64,000 nucleotides of DNA. Origin: Penicillus capitatus (taxonomy: Eukaryota > Plantae > Chlorophyta). The notes under the pieces were generated by a model. That model searched no databases. It was not told where the DNA came from and saw nothing but the letters and a program-made list of their open reading frames with translations. Made by a program: the position numbers and the translations under genes. The stretch spans positions 488,292 through 552,291 of the forward strand of contig OZ287707.1 of assembly GCA_965649825.1 (NCBI GenBank). The letters are read 5' to 3'. Shown here piece by piece: positions 1-11,820 of the stretch. The first letter of the stretch is position 1; each line of letters opens with the position of its first letter.

Positions 1-498
1 ATTGTCTTTCTGGCAGATCTCAAGGACCCATCGCATGCATGGTCGGCATGAACTTCTCCAGTAATGTGTTTCTGTCGATCCAGCTGTTTTTGGGACATCA
101 TCCGGACCAGGTTTGGAAAACTTTAAGGATTTGTTCTTGAATAACGAAGAGATTGTCTTTCAGCTTTGAGGACATGAGAAGACCCAAATGATGAAGTGGA
201 TCGACTTCTTTCAATAAGGAAAAGTCGTGGCGGCTTGTATGCCTTCTTTTCTCTGATCTTCGTTGATCCACCATGGAAACGAACTTCCTTCTCTCCCTCT
301 TCTCGACAATGCATTCTGGAGCATGAGTTCTGTTTTTGTTCGAGCCATCAGATTTACTGTGAGATCAGAATAAAAAAAGTGCCACACCAGACGAAATCTG
401 TGATAGGACGCGGCTGGGCATGACACGAGTTGCAGTCGATCCACGGTACTGGATATCTTCGATGACCTATCTGGACGTTAAAATAGACAGAGGCTTCG

Positions 499-2624
499 AT
501 GAGAAATGTTCTCGAGGCCCGACAAAGAAATGAACGGCAAGAAGCGCGGACGAAATCTCTGCCACCCCCTATCGAAGTTCAAACTGAAGGAAGGGGTACT
601 TTTTTGTGCATCAGCAGCGTTCTGGACAAACTTGGAAGCGATGAAGAATGTGACGAACAGAAAAGTTGTTGCTTCAGGTAAGAGACATACTCTTCTTCCT
701 TCATTGGATGCAGAGATGCCACAGGAGTATAACGGAAGGCTGAACCCTCAACATTCCGAGCGATGGACGGAAAGTGGACAGAGTCCGCACTCATCCATTT
801 CCATAATTAAGACGAAACATAGCTCTTTTGAAAACGTCACATATTTTCAGAGTTTCCACAGAGACACATGGAGCAGAAAGGAGGAAAGAAACAGCGAAAC
901 CAAGGATCCAAGGAGCAGTCCCTCAAGCATTCTTGCTCTCGGCATTCGACAGGCCATCAAGTTGAGGAGGCAACATGAAGGATGAGGCACGACTTGAAAC
1001 AGAGCGCAGGCCAAAGGCAAGAGTGAAGACAGAAGCCTTGACATCAGAGATGGGACCATGCCTTGATCAAGAATCTGGAGAATTCTGCATAGAAGAGAAG
1101 CTCTCGGATCGCTATGAAGCCGCCATAAAGAACGGAACATGTCCAGAGCGAAGACACATCCAGAAACTATACAAAAGAGTAAGCAAGCGTGGTGCGTCAC
1201 TCGATTAATGCATCCAACATGCGAAATGCTGAAACAGATGTAGCGGCAGTTAAAGGCACAAACAGTATACGCATCCATGACCACGTACATCTCATCAACC
1301 GATGTTTGCTTGCAGGCAGTTGATTCCCGGGCACATCGAGACTGAAGCGGAGAGTCTTTGCTGACAGGCCTGACTGTGCAGTTTGCTTCAGCGATGGTTC
1401 TTGAAAGACGAGGAGAGAAGACAGAAGTCAGGGCATTGAAGACAAAAGACTGGTATCGACAGAAGCATCCAACAGCAGCAATCTGTTCCTCCCTATTGGC
1501 GTGGCAAGCGGTGCTGCCGCCAGGGTGGTTGGTTGGGCGATAGGGAGTGGATGGGTCGACCACCGGTAGGCCCTGCTCCCGTCGTCATAGCCGCGTACCG
1601 TCCGAGTGCAGACTGACTGCCATTGTATGTGTGCGGAGTCGGGCTCCTGGATCTGCACCAACGGGACGTCTTGTTTTGTTTTCTTGTTTTCTTGTTGTGT
1701 GTGTTTTGTTTTTTTATCTGTTTATCCTGTTTTTTCTTCAGTTTTGTTATTCTTGTTTTCTTGTTTTCTTGTTGTGTGTGTTTTGTTTTTTTATCTGTTT
1801 ATCCTGTTTTGTCTTCAGTTTTGTTTTTCTTGTTTTATTTGCCTTGTTATGTGTGTTTTCTTTTTTTGTCCTATTTATCCTGTTTTGTTGTCAGTTTTGT
1901 TATTCTTGTTGTTCTTATTTTGTTTTATTTTATTTGTCTTGTTCTTGTTGTTCTTATTTTGTTTTATTTTATTTGTCTTGTTCTTGTTGTTTTGTTTTTT
2001 TCTTTCCGTTTTTTCTTTCCCCGTTGGTGCATTTTGCTTTTTAGGCAGATCTTGCCTTTTCTTTCTCCTTATGTGCATGTGTGGCAGGATCTGCCATTTT
2101 CTTTCCTGTCTGTGTTTTTAATTTTTCTGTTTTCTGTTTCCTTGTTTAATTTTTCTGTTTTCTGTTTCCTTGTTTAATTTTTCTGTTTTCTGTTTCCTTG
2201 TTCACTTGTTATTTTCATTTTTGGCTGCAGTTTTCATTTTGTTTTCTTCTCCGTGCCGGGTCCTTTTTTCTTTTTTGTTTAATGGACCCCTTAACTACAT
2301 GTCCGCGCAGCGCGTCGAACAATGGTCTATGGAGCCCTGACCTGCTGCTGATGGATGTGTCCTTGTCGCCTCGTCGACACCTCGTGTGTTATTGGCGCAG
2401 TGGGTATGGAGTCACGCCACCGGTCCCCGTCCCAGGTTGTTTTTATGGCAGCCGCTTTGCCAAAAGTAAGCATCACTGTCTCAGAAAAGAATGGACATCA
2501 CACTTTGTGTTTACAGATGCACGCCATTACAGCAAGATTGAACTGTTACCACAACTATCTTGCGTTTCTAGTCGATGACTATTGTACCGAGAATTCAAAG
2601 ATGTCAGTTATTTATTATCTTTAA
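499..2624 (+). CDS. Unresolved multi-exon gene fragments, function unknown
   Basis: Purine-rich + strand ORF pieces (506-985, 975-1208, 1358-1543, 2355-2624). Canonical-looking introns: GTAAGA at ~678, and a 51-nt GTAAGC...TTTACAG at ~2465-2515. I could not assemble a consistent model or recognise a domain. Confidence 0.25.
1669..2205. repeat. Composite T-rich minisatellite: ~77-bp unit x3, 39-bp unit x2, 28-bp unit x3
   Basis: TTTATCC recurs at 1721/1798/1874. TTATTTTGTTTTATTTTATTTGTCTTG has a 39-nt period around 1915-1985. AATTTTTCTGTTTTCTGTTTCCTTGTTT recurs at 2120/2148/2176. The + strand is very A-poor. Confidence 0.9.
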
Positions 2625-4201
2625 CTCTTGAGAAGGCTTTCTGCAAAGCTACGTCGGCTGGAGTCTCCTCAATGGACAAGGCCGTGGAGTCAAAATGTGA
2701 ACGACAGTGTCTGTAGCGTTGATAACACGAGCATCCGGCCGGTCGACCAGAGTTTCCGTTGTTCTTGGAAGAATGCATTGCACCGAAGAATTTTTGAATC
2801 ATCGTGGAGAATGGCTGCTTTTTCGAGGATGCCTGACAGACGTTGACTCTATTTATTGCCGATGACAGAGCGAACGAACGAATTGTGTCTGGCTCGCCAT
2901 GCAACAGTCGGTGTTTCTTTTTTCATCGCTCTCATGCGAAGTTTCCTGGGATCCAATCTGTGAAACTCCAATCACTTTGTGTTTTGGTGTGTGTACGCTA
3001 TTGTGTTTTCTGAATGCTTAGGGATGTCATCAATCCCCAGTACTGGGAATTTTCAACCTTTTTTTATGAAAACTGAACTCTGTTCGCACTCAGGCTTTCT
3101 GTTAAACTCGTGTTACAGATGAATACTATTGCAGAACTCCATTCCATAGTCTGACTTTCAGCGATGTTATTCGCAAAATTGGTTTGTTAAGTACGAGTTA
3201 TCATTACCACGCAGTTTCCCGTGTATTCTTCCCGAAGGCGCGATAGAAATGTAGATGTGAATGTGGCCGACATGCAATTCAGACCAGTCTTTGATTTGCA
3301 GCAAACGCCAAACAGACAGAAGCATGTATTGTTGAAACCCACAAGTTCAATGTGCAATGCTCTCCATCTATGATGCACATTCAATGCAGAAAGGCTCTGA
3401 AATGCTTGACGTCATCATGCTCTCCTAGGCTCATCGCCGTCTTATGTGCAGAAAAGTGTTCGACTCCTTTAATCTGCTTTCCGCCTGGTTTCGTACAATG
3501 GCCTGTTCAGGAAACAGCGCAATTCTGAAACCTTCCAGTCTTGATGAGACCTCCATCAGAATCCTGAAAGACAGTCCGGTTCAGGAGATCGTACTCCCCA
3601 TACGTCAAGTAAATCGTAAATGAAAGAATCAGTATTTAAAACTCCGCGTTCGGTTAGCGTCACATCAAGGACAACATTCTATTCATGCATACAACGTGGT
3701 ATCCTTCGAACAGGAGCGATCCATACACCAATGGGCTGGATGGACTTCTCTTGTTCCATCAGAAACAGGTTAACGACGTTACATAGATTTTCTCAAACGT
3801 ACAAGTAGAGCAATCCGAGAACCGAGTCTTTGGGACCAGGCGACAGATGTTATGTGCATGAAGCACCTCATCACTAGGACAGGTCTACGTCAATTGACAT
3901 TGGCAAGACAACCGAGTTTAAATGTAATTCAGCAGGAGGTCGTCTGCCGCCAAAGTAGAAAAAAACACAAAGCAACGTCCAGTAACGACGTCTGAACATC
4001 TAAGACCATTTCAGTGTTCTTCAAAGCTCGTCGTTATAGATGAGAACCGTTTGTCTTTACTTGAATAGCACGCTGGAGACGTTTTGCTGCTTGGGTTCTT
4101 TACGAGAGCCGTCACATCAAGCTGTCGCATTTAACCGTCCCGTCCTGTGATTGACGATTCACGTTCTGCATTATTGACGGCTCTTGTGTCGTGGAATCTG
4201 G

Positions 4202-5623
4202 ATGGGTGTCGAAGACGACTGTGTCTGTTCGAGTCCGAAGCTCTTTGTTGGTCAAGTCCCTATCGATGTCGACGAAAACGCTCTCCGGCGTCGTTTTGAA
4301 TCTCTTGGCCACGTTCAGCGCATTGACATGTTGACGCCGCGTCAACTCAATGTTTCCACACGCAGCGCAATGATCTGGTTCGAAACCTGGTCCGACGTCG
4401 AGCGCATCCTCGAGGGTGCGGAAGAGGGTCGACTTGACCTCGGCAGCACGAAACGCCTCGTCATACGCATTGCCGATCCGCCTAAGCGTGCCGATCGTTG
4501 TGTCGGGATCAAGCCTCGAAAGCTCTTCGTCGGACAAGTACGCCTAGAAACGTCGCTGGTTGCCGGCGATACTTCTTCGCGGATGTGTGATAATAGATTC
4601 CGCGTGAGGTTCAGGAGAGTGACGTGGAGAGACTCTTTTCGCAGTTTGGTGCGATCACTGAGTTCGAGATGCCCAAGCGTCTTGCAGGTTGCTTCGCGCG
4701 TTTGCGTCTCATCGATCTGCGTTGTGCGTGATGTTGTAGCTGTTTGCTGTGCGTTCGTTCGGTTTGAGAAATGGCGTCAGGCAGAAGATGCCATTCGCAC
4801 ACTCAACGAGAGATTCCAGTTTCAAGAATCCAAACGACCGCTCGTCGTGAAATTTGCAGATGCCAAAACAGCAGATCCCGTCAGAAGCGCAGCACAAGTC
4901 ATCGGTGAGAAGAGACCATTGACACCAGAAGATCGTGCCGACGTCACCAAGCGACCGTTTTCGCTGCCGTGTGGGGGAGAACAGAGAAAAAGAGATCCAC
5001 TCGAGATGGGATACCTCTCCAGTCGCATGGGGATGCCAATGGGGATGGGGAACCTCATTGGAATGGGCCGACTCGAATGGGTTCAGGAAGAGAGTCACCG
5101 ATTTCTCAAAGTGACAGACACAGATGAATGGGCTTCTTCTTGATGTATGGATGATTCGTGTCAGGATTATGGAAAGGAGACGACAGCAAGTGTGGCGCTG
5201 ATTTCCAATCTGACGACCACGAGTACGTCGTTGCATCTATCGACCGTCAATTTTGGGATGGGTCAGCACGATGGCGTGTCGACGGTGCGAGATTTGAGTG
5301 ATGTGCCCGTCGGGGCCAACGGGAAATTGGGAAAAGGATTCAGTGACCCCAGAGTCAAAGAATGGACATTGTTCATCGGTCAGATACCGCATCAAGCAAA
5401 CGAATATACACTATGGGACATATTCCGTCCCTTTGGCGAAATTCTCGAACTCAATATCCTCAGAAAAGATGGGAAACACAGAGGCTGTGCCTTTGTCACG
5501 TACGAAACAAAAGAAATGAGTCTCGCAGCCATCGAACAGCTCGATGGGACATCTTTCCCTTGGGATGCGAATCAGAGAAAACTTGTCGTCCGTTTTCGTG
5601 AAAAGACAGCAAGAAATGGATGA
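4202..5623 (+). CDS. CELF/Bruno-like RNA-binding protein with 3 RRMs
   Basis: RRM motifs KLFVGQVP, KLFVGQ|IPREV...CAFVRF...RPLVVKFAD and TLFIGQIP...KHRGCAFVTY...KLVVRF. Phase-consistent GT-AG introns near 4538 and 4687, and probably 5111-5164. Confidence 0.85.
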
Positions 5624-5638
5624 CAATGCAAGTGCGAT

Positions 5639-6667
5639 TCAAACCTCCGTTTTGTTTGTCTCTTCTGACTGCTGGACAGTTTCTTCGCTTTCAGGTTTCG
5701 CCGGGGCCTCTGTAGAGATATCTGGTTTCTTGACGAATGCCGCTGCGTAGTTGATGGATGTGTCATCACTCAGTCTCCATTTTTGTGTAATTGGATTCCA
5801 TTGCATTCCTGTCAGCACGTCTAGTTTCAATCCTGCCTGTCGCGCGGCGATGGCCATCTCTCCAGGGGTCAAAAACATTGCCCAGTCGTGTGTTCCTTGA
5901 GGAACCATGTTTAGCACATACTCGGCCATCCAGATCGCACCCACCAAAGACGTCAGTGTACGATTCAGTGTCGTTAGACAAAGCAGTCCATCAGGCTGCA
6001 TTAACTGCGAAAGGGTCTTGACGAAGGCGACCGGATCCTGGACGTGTTCGATCACTTCCGATGCCACAACGACGTCAAATCGAACATCCCTTTGCACCAG
6101 ATCTTCAGCAGCCGTGCATTCGTATCTATAAAAACCGCGATCTCGCCTCGCAAAAGAGTGAGAGAAGTGAAAATAACGTGACGGTTTGAGTGAGAGAAGT
6201 ATCGGACTGCAAATGATGCTGTGCCGCAGCGATGTTCTGTGGAACGACATCGATGCCCAACACCTCGCCTCCCAATCGTCCCAATGCTTCTGTCAGAATC
6301 CCTCCCCCACATCCAACGTCCAGAATCCTTCGGTTCTCCAACGGAAGACGCACAGATGGTGTCGATTGAGAGAAATGCCGAAGCGAAGCATTCCGTATGA
6401 ACATGGTCCGAACAGGGTTCATTTGGTGCAATCCCCAGCACTCTCCTCCTCGATCCCACCAAGAAACTTCTCGAAACTTCGCCACTTCCGACGCCTTGGT
6501 CGAGGCACTCTCGCGAAATCCCCCATTTGAGGCAAACCCCTTTCCCGCTGTCGTTCTTTCCTCGCACAGCACAGCAGTTTCCTATCAGCTTCGTTGACAG
6601 GACCTTACAAGGCAGGCCAGCTTCGCAGTGTCAGACGACTGCAGCTCAAAAGATGTGTCCTGGCCAT
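5639..6667 (-). CDS. COQ3: Ubiquinone biosynthesis O-methyltransferase (COQ3/UbiG), mitochondrial
   Basis: EVAKF...WWD...LHQMNPVR, ILDVGCGGGILTEALGRLG, FDVVVASEVIEHV, TTLNRT, VPQGTHDW. R/S/L-rich N-terminus MARTHLLSCSRLTLRSW. Two introns inferred; start codon inferred. Confidence 0.92.
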
Positions 6668-6702
6668 TATCTGTCGTACATCCGGCAAAGAGGTTCATCA
6701 TC

Positions 6703-7863
6703 ATGGTGCGTGTCGCTCTCTCCACTGCCTCGCCGCGTCTGTCAAGGCCAGTCTTCTCTCGGCGATGCCGACCCTTTCGCGCACGCCGTTTCGCGCGAAG
6801 CACGGCCGTTTCTGAGATACCGTCGTACGATTCGATCGAGCTCGAAGAGGAAGAGAATCTCGATCGCGACGAGTTCCTTCGCGAATTCGATAACCTTCTC
6901 GATGAAACCGAATACGTATTCGAAGTGGGCGAACGCGTCGAAGGGCTGGTGTTTGATGTCGAAGAAGCGGGTGCCTATATCGATTTCGGCGGAAAAGAAG
7001 TAGGATACTGCAACACCAGTGAAATGGGACTACTAAAAGTATCTGACGCCCGACAAGTCTTCGAGCCCAACACTGTACGTATTTTCGACATCGGAGCGAT
7101 TGGGATCGAAAGCGAACGATTGGGTGGAGAAGTCACCCTCCTCTCTCAGAAAGAGGTCGTCAAAGAAATCGCATTCGAGCGTTTGCGACAGATGGGTGAA
7201 TTTCAGACCAAGTTCCAGGTGGATGTCCTGGAGAAGAATGCTGGCGGTTATATGGTGCAGGACGAAATGGGCATGACTGGATTTCTCCCCGGAAAGCAAA
7301 CCGTCGGCAATCCAGCCAGCGATTCTGACGACGAGGACGAGCTCATTGGACAGAGAATTACTGTGAGGATTCTGGACATCTTCGAGGAGTCCGAACGAAT
7401 TCTCGTCTCGCAGCGGGGCATTGCGGGATCTGATGTTGACGAATCCAGATTTGCGATGGGATCTGTTTTGGACGGCGTGGTGGATGGTGTGATGCCCTAC
7501 GGTGTGTTCATCACCGCGGGAGGCATTTCTGGTCTCCTCCATTCGTCACAGATCTCAGGCGCCCATGTAGCCGATGTTGGCTCTGTCTTCAGTGTGAACG
7601 ATCGGGTCAAAGTCATGGTGCTGGGATACGACCGCACTCGCAATCGACTGTCCTTTTCGACGAAAAAATTGGAGCCGACGTCCGGAGACATGCTTAAAGA
7701 TCCAAAGCTTGTGTACGAAAAGGCGGAGGAGATGGCTGCGAAGTTCAAGAAAGAAGTGGAGCTGGCGGCAGCCCGTATTCAAGCGACAGAGTCTGAAACC
7801 ATTGTCTCGGATGTCTCTCTCGACACCTCTCGACTTGAAGGAGGACTTATGTATGAAGACTAA
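6703..7863 (+). CDS. PRPS1: Plastid ribosomal protein bS1c (3 S1 domains), intronless
   Basis: Transit-like N-terminus MVRVALSTASPRLSR. S1 repeats GAYIDFGGK, GFLPG, YGVFITAGGISGLLHSSQIS, RLSFSTKKLEPTSGDM. Confidence 0.9.
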   Translation: MVRVALSTASPRLSRPVFSRRCRPFRARRFARSTAVSEIPSYDSIELEEEENLDRDEFLREFDNLLDETEYVFEVGERVEGLVFDVEEAGAYIDFGGKEVGYCNTSEMGLLKVSDARQVFEPNTVRIFDIGAIGIESERLGGEVTLLSQKEVVKEIAFERLRQMGEFQTKFQVDVLEKNAGGYMVQDEMGMTGFLPGKQTVGNPASDSDDEDELIGQRITVRILDIFEESERILVSQRGIAGSDVDESRFAMGSVLDGVVDGVMPYGVFITAGGISGLLHSSQISGAHVADVGSVFSVNDRVKVMVLGYDRTRNRLSFSTKKLEPTSGDMLKDPKLVYEKAEEMAAKFKKEVELAAARIQATESETIVSDVSLDTSRLEGGLMYED

Positions 7864-8235
7864 GATGATCATCAACTGTGTCGTGTAGCGAGAGCCGAAA
7901 AGAGAATCGAGACATCTGAGTGCGGTACCCTTCAGGAAGGGATATACTCTGAGAACACTGCGCATCGTTTATGGGACGTATGCAATTTTTCCTATGTTTT
8001 CTTTCTTGACCCACGGTAGAAAAAAGCAGAATCCGTCGTCCACCCTTAGCCTCTCGCCGGATCCAATATCTCATGCGCGATTTCTACCTGCGATGCTGTT
8101 TCTTGGTCAGATCGACGACAGAAGCGGCCAGCTCGTCGCGACTCAAACGTGAAGTAGTCGACCGTTCGCATATGAACATCGTGTTGCCATCGCGGACTTC
8201 GCCTTCGTCCGAGAAGACGACGATGCCTTCAGCAC

Positions 8236-9114
8236 ATGGATCGGCCATCAAACGGTACGTCGTTTCAGCACATGACACGCCAAACATTGCCGCAAAGAGA
8301 AGAGGGGAGGGATCGTCCACGGACGACGATAGCTCCGAGCATTCTGTCTTCGGACTTTGCTCGACTGGCGCATGAGTGCGAGAGAATGATGGAGCTGGGA
8401 GCGGATTGGCTGCACGTGGATGTGATGGATGGACACTTTGTGCCGAATCTGACGCTGGGACCGCCCATCCTCGGATCTCTGCGGCGGCACACGGACGCGT
8501 TCTTGGACTGCCACCTCATGGTGACGCATCCGGAGAAGTGGGTGTTTGCTTTTGCCCAGGCGGGGGCAGACATGTTCACGTTTCATTTGGAAGCGGTGGC
8601 GGATCCGTCGACGATGGGCAGTCGAGATGAAAAGGTGAGAAGAGAGAAAAGACTGATGAAAAGGCAGAGAAAAATGTGACAGGTTCTGCAACTGGTCGGC
8701 GAGATCCGAGAAGCGGGAATGCACGTGGGCGTGGCGCTCAAGCCTGCAACGCCTGTCGAGTACGTTCTGCCTTATCTGGCCGAAGTGGACCTGGTTCTGG
8801 TCCTGACGGTGGAGCCAGGGTTCGGAGGACAGTCCTTCATGGAGGACAAGGTCTGCGACGGGACAGCAGCCTCTCTTTCTCCTGAAGGGCTGTATCTGTA
8901 TGTACAGGTGAAGAAATGCCAACAGCTTCGGGAAGCGTCGCGAGACGTGCAGATCGAGGTGGATGGAGGTCTGGCTCCCGACACCATCGACAAGGCCGCT
9001 GCCGTCGGTGCCAACGTCATCGTGGCAGGCAGTTCCATCTTCGGCGCTCAAGATCCAAAATCCGTCATCGAACAGCTTCGCAGCAGCGTCGACAGCGCCT
9101 CCACTTCTGCCTGA
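8236..9114 (+). CDS. RPE: Ribulose-phosphate 3-epimerase (cytosolic type)
   Basis: [65 protein letters not shown] introns at ~8635-8682 and ~8850-8907. Confidence 0.95.
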
Positions 9115-9224
9115 TCCTATCGCTGAACTTTCCCTCTCTGTCGACTCGCTTTCCAAACATAAATGCTCATTTCATAATGATGCACATGAACTGTAACGTA
9201 CCTTGTCGTTTGTGCGCGTGATCG

Positions 9225-9832
9225 ATGTCAGCGTCGACAACAGAGAGACAGATCAATGAGCTCATTGCACAGCACAAGAAAAAGTTGGCGGAAATTGAAG
9301 AGACAAAGAGCTTCTTTGGATGGTTACACAAGAGGTCGCCGACTGGACCGAAGCTGTCTACCGCTCAGAGAATCCGACTGCACTTGGAGAGACATGGAAA
9401 CGCCTGGTCCACTGCGCTCTTTGCAGGATGGATCATGATCCTCTCTTTGAGGCTTTCCGCATTGCGTCGCGAATTTGCGGTTTCCTTCGTCCCTTGCCCA
9501 GTTTCATATCCGAGGTTGGTTCGGGTAGGAAGAGAAGGCGCAGCTGGAAGACAAAAATGTCACTCTTTCGAAGGAGAACGCAAAGTCCTGCCTCTCTCTC
9601 ACATTTTTTCATCTTCATGTGTTTTTCTAGAATGAGAGAATACGTGGAGCGAATGGAGGGAAGTTGGTCGTCCATTCTTGAAGCTGTCCAGAAAAGCGGT
9701 TGGCGATCCGGTTCTACCGTGGAGCGGATCGAGAAGATCATTCAAGACATTCAATCTACCAAAACGGAAAAAGAATCAAAAACTGTCGATCCTCCCAAAG
9801 AGGTCAAAAAAGCAAAGCGCTTTTTTATTTAG
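9225..9832 (+). CDS. Hypothetical single-TM, coiled-coil protein
   Basis: Three exons join in frame through two canonical short introns (...RREFA|EEKAQLEDK...NAK|MREYVERM). One hydrophobic segment, ALFAGWIMILSL. Confidence 0.7.
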
Positions 9833-10080
9833 ACGCATGTCTCAGAGAGAAGATTAGATCATATCAACGAAGGCCCTGAGGCCATTCTCATCTGGCACGC
9901 ATGAATGATTTGTCATCAGCGACATCGAAAGGCTTCAGCCATCGAGAAATGTTCATCATTCATGTCTCGTCAAGAGTAGCAAATATTTCCACGTCATCAT
10001 GAGCCAAGGAGGAAAGAAAAAGGTCAATGGAAGGTTACACATCTGTTTGGGTTTGGAATAGAAGTGTGATGGAAAGATCG

Positions 10081-11022
10081 TTACGTGTCGTTTTGTCGAG
10101 GGGTCTCCTCTTCCTCTTCTGACTCTGGATCGTCAAATCGTGCAGGATCGTCACCGATCAGCTAGGCATCAGCAGTGCATCTTACATATCGTATTCGTTG
10201 ATGATCTATCTGTGTGCGAACCTCCTGTAGATCCTGAGCGATGTGATCCACTCTAAATCCTCCTCCATCTTCTCCATTAAGCAGATCATCAAATTCCTCT
10301 TCTGGCGAAAGGTCGATGTGCGTGAAGGATGCAAGAAAAGAGGGAGATACCCAAATCGTCCGAATCTGGATTCAGTGCCGAGCATTCCGAGAAGATCCTG
10401 AAAATCTCGTCCACTACAGGCACAGATGGCGATGGGCCCTTCAGCCAAGCACAATAGCGGCAGCTTCAGAGATCTTGGTGGATGTGTTCTTTTCATCAGG
10501 TGAGGATACTGACATCCCCAATCAAATAGCAAATATTGCACATCTCATCCTCAGCATGCCTGATCATATATGTATTCTTACACGCACGCGCATACCTGTG
10601 CCCACATCCTCTGGCGACAAGATGACAGAGCACTCCAAATCCAGTGACTCCATTTCTTCTGGAGGATCCAACTGCAGGTAGAGACAGCGTTCGCCGTCGC
10701 ACACATTCGGATCTTTGGAGATGGCATGGACCACAACGGCGGGATATCCGACAGAGTAACCCACGTCTCCCCTTTCCTCGCTAAGCCATACCATACGCCT
10801 ACAGACAACAAAGCGACAAGATGACCTTCTTTGCGGCGGCGTCCAGTCTGACCTCGTTGTGAGGTACAGCCAACCGCTTCCCTTTGTATCGGAGGACGAA
10901 AGTGTTAAATGGACGGCGGCAAACCGACCGCGGACCTCTTCATTATCAAATGTACAGAACGGAGGATCGTTGCCGACTTGGCGGAGAACAGATGACAGAC
11001 CAAGTCGGATCGAAAGCGACAT
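10081..11022 (-). CDS. CLNS1A: Methylosome subunit pICln (Voldacs family)
   Basis: GWLYLTT|RMVWLS, YPAVVVHAISKDP, CLYLQLD, VDEIFRIFSECSALNPD and C-terminal DDPARFDD. Four phase-consistent introns. Confidence 0.88.
10459..10560 (-). ncRNA. U24: Box C/D snoRNA U24 (SNORD24/snR24 family), intronic
   Basis: Terminal stem GGCAUGCU/AGCUGCC. Variant C box AGGAUGA. Guide AAUAUUUGCUAU before D' (UUGA). C' UGAUGA. Guide CCACCAAGAUCU before D (CUGA). Both guides are complementary to the conserved LSU rRNA segment AGAUCUUGGUGGUAGUAGCAAAUAUU. Lies in the 182-nt pICln intron 10414-10595. Confidence 0.9.
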
Positions 11023-11025
11023 CAG

Positions 11026-11820
11026 ATGCAAACGGCGCCAATGTGGAAAAATCATCTCCTGCGCAGCCTCGCTGCCCATAGGGATCCGTTTAGCGCACGA
11101 TTTCTTCAGATGGCAACGGTCAAACCCGACGGATATCCAGCAAACCGCACCGTCGTCTTTAGGTCCGGCATCTTTCGCCGATACCTCTCCTGTCACACGC
11201 TCTGCGTCATACAGAGGTTTTGTGGGCGATACCTGCAACTTGATGACCTGTTCAGATATGAGGAGCGCCAAAGTACGCACGCACTCAATATCGAACGTCA
11301 TGGAGAGACCGACTGCTATGTATGAATGCATACATCACAGGTGTCTGAACTTCAACGCGCCCCCTTCTCTGAATGGTGCTGGTATTTCGACGATACAAAG
11401 GAACAGTATCGACTCGCAGGAAACATGACAGTAATCGGCAAAGATGCGGGCGATACAGATCAACAAGAAGTCGCCTACACCATCTCACATCTTTTCCCTT
11501 AGTCGCTGTGCGAAAGATGCGAAGAAATCTGTGGAGCAGTCTGACACGCACGGCACAAGAACTGTTCCTGACGCCATATCCTGGAGAACCGATCGACGCT
11601 CAGTCTCCATTGCCACCCGGTCCGTTGTCGGAGGTCAGCCTTTTCGCTGGAAGAGCGATTCTCAGCGTCGCCATTTGTACAGGAGGTGCCATTAGACACA
11701 TTCTGTCTACTGATCCTCTCTCCGCATTATGTGGATTACCTGAATATCAAGACAAGCAATAGAATCCTGTATGAGTTGCAATCGGACAGTACATGGACTG
11801 AAACAGAAGTTAATAGATGA
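11026..11820 (+). CDS. Pyridoxamine 5'-phosphate oxidase-like FMN-binding protein (Alr4036/PPOX2-type)
   Basis: FLQMATVKPDGYPANRTVVFR|GF, SDMRSAK, FSEWCWYFDDTKEQYRLAG, FCLLILSPHYVDYLNIK, WTETEVNR. Four short introns. Confidence 0.88.

Noticed and set aside
1547-2177. Three overlapping F/L/V/C-rich ORFs that look like membrane proteins
   Set aside because: They are stop-free only because the T-rich repeat lacks A; all three frames are open.
2630-4100. Transposon or viral remnant in the AT-richer gene-free block (also 28100-28700, 32000-33300)
   Set aside because: No transposase or RT motifs, terminal repeats or internal similarity were detectable by eye. The 12-bp palindrome at 3036-3047 alone is insufficient.
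4112-4537. Protein-like minus ORF
   Set aside because: Antisense shadow of RRM1 of the CELF-like gene; no independent motif.
8248-9156. 302-aa minus ORF
   Set aside because: Antisense shadow of RPE.
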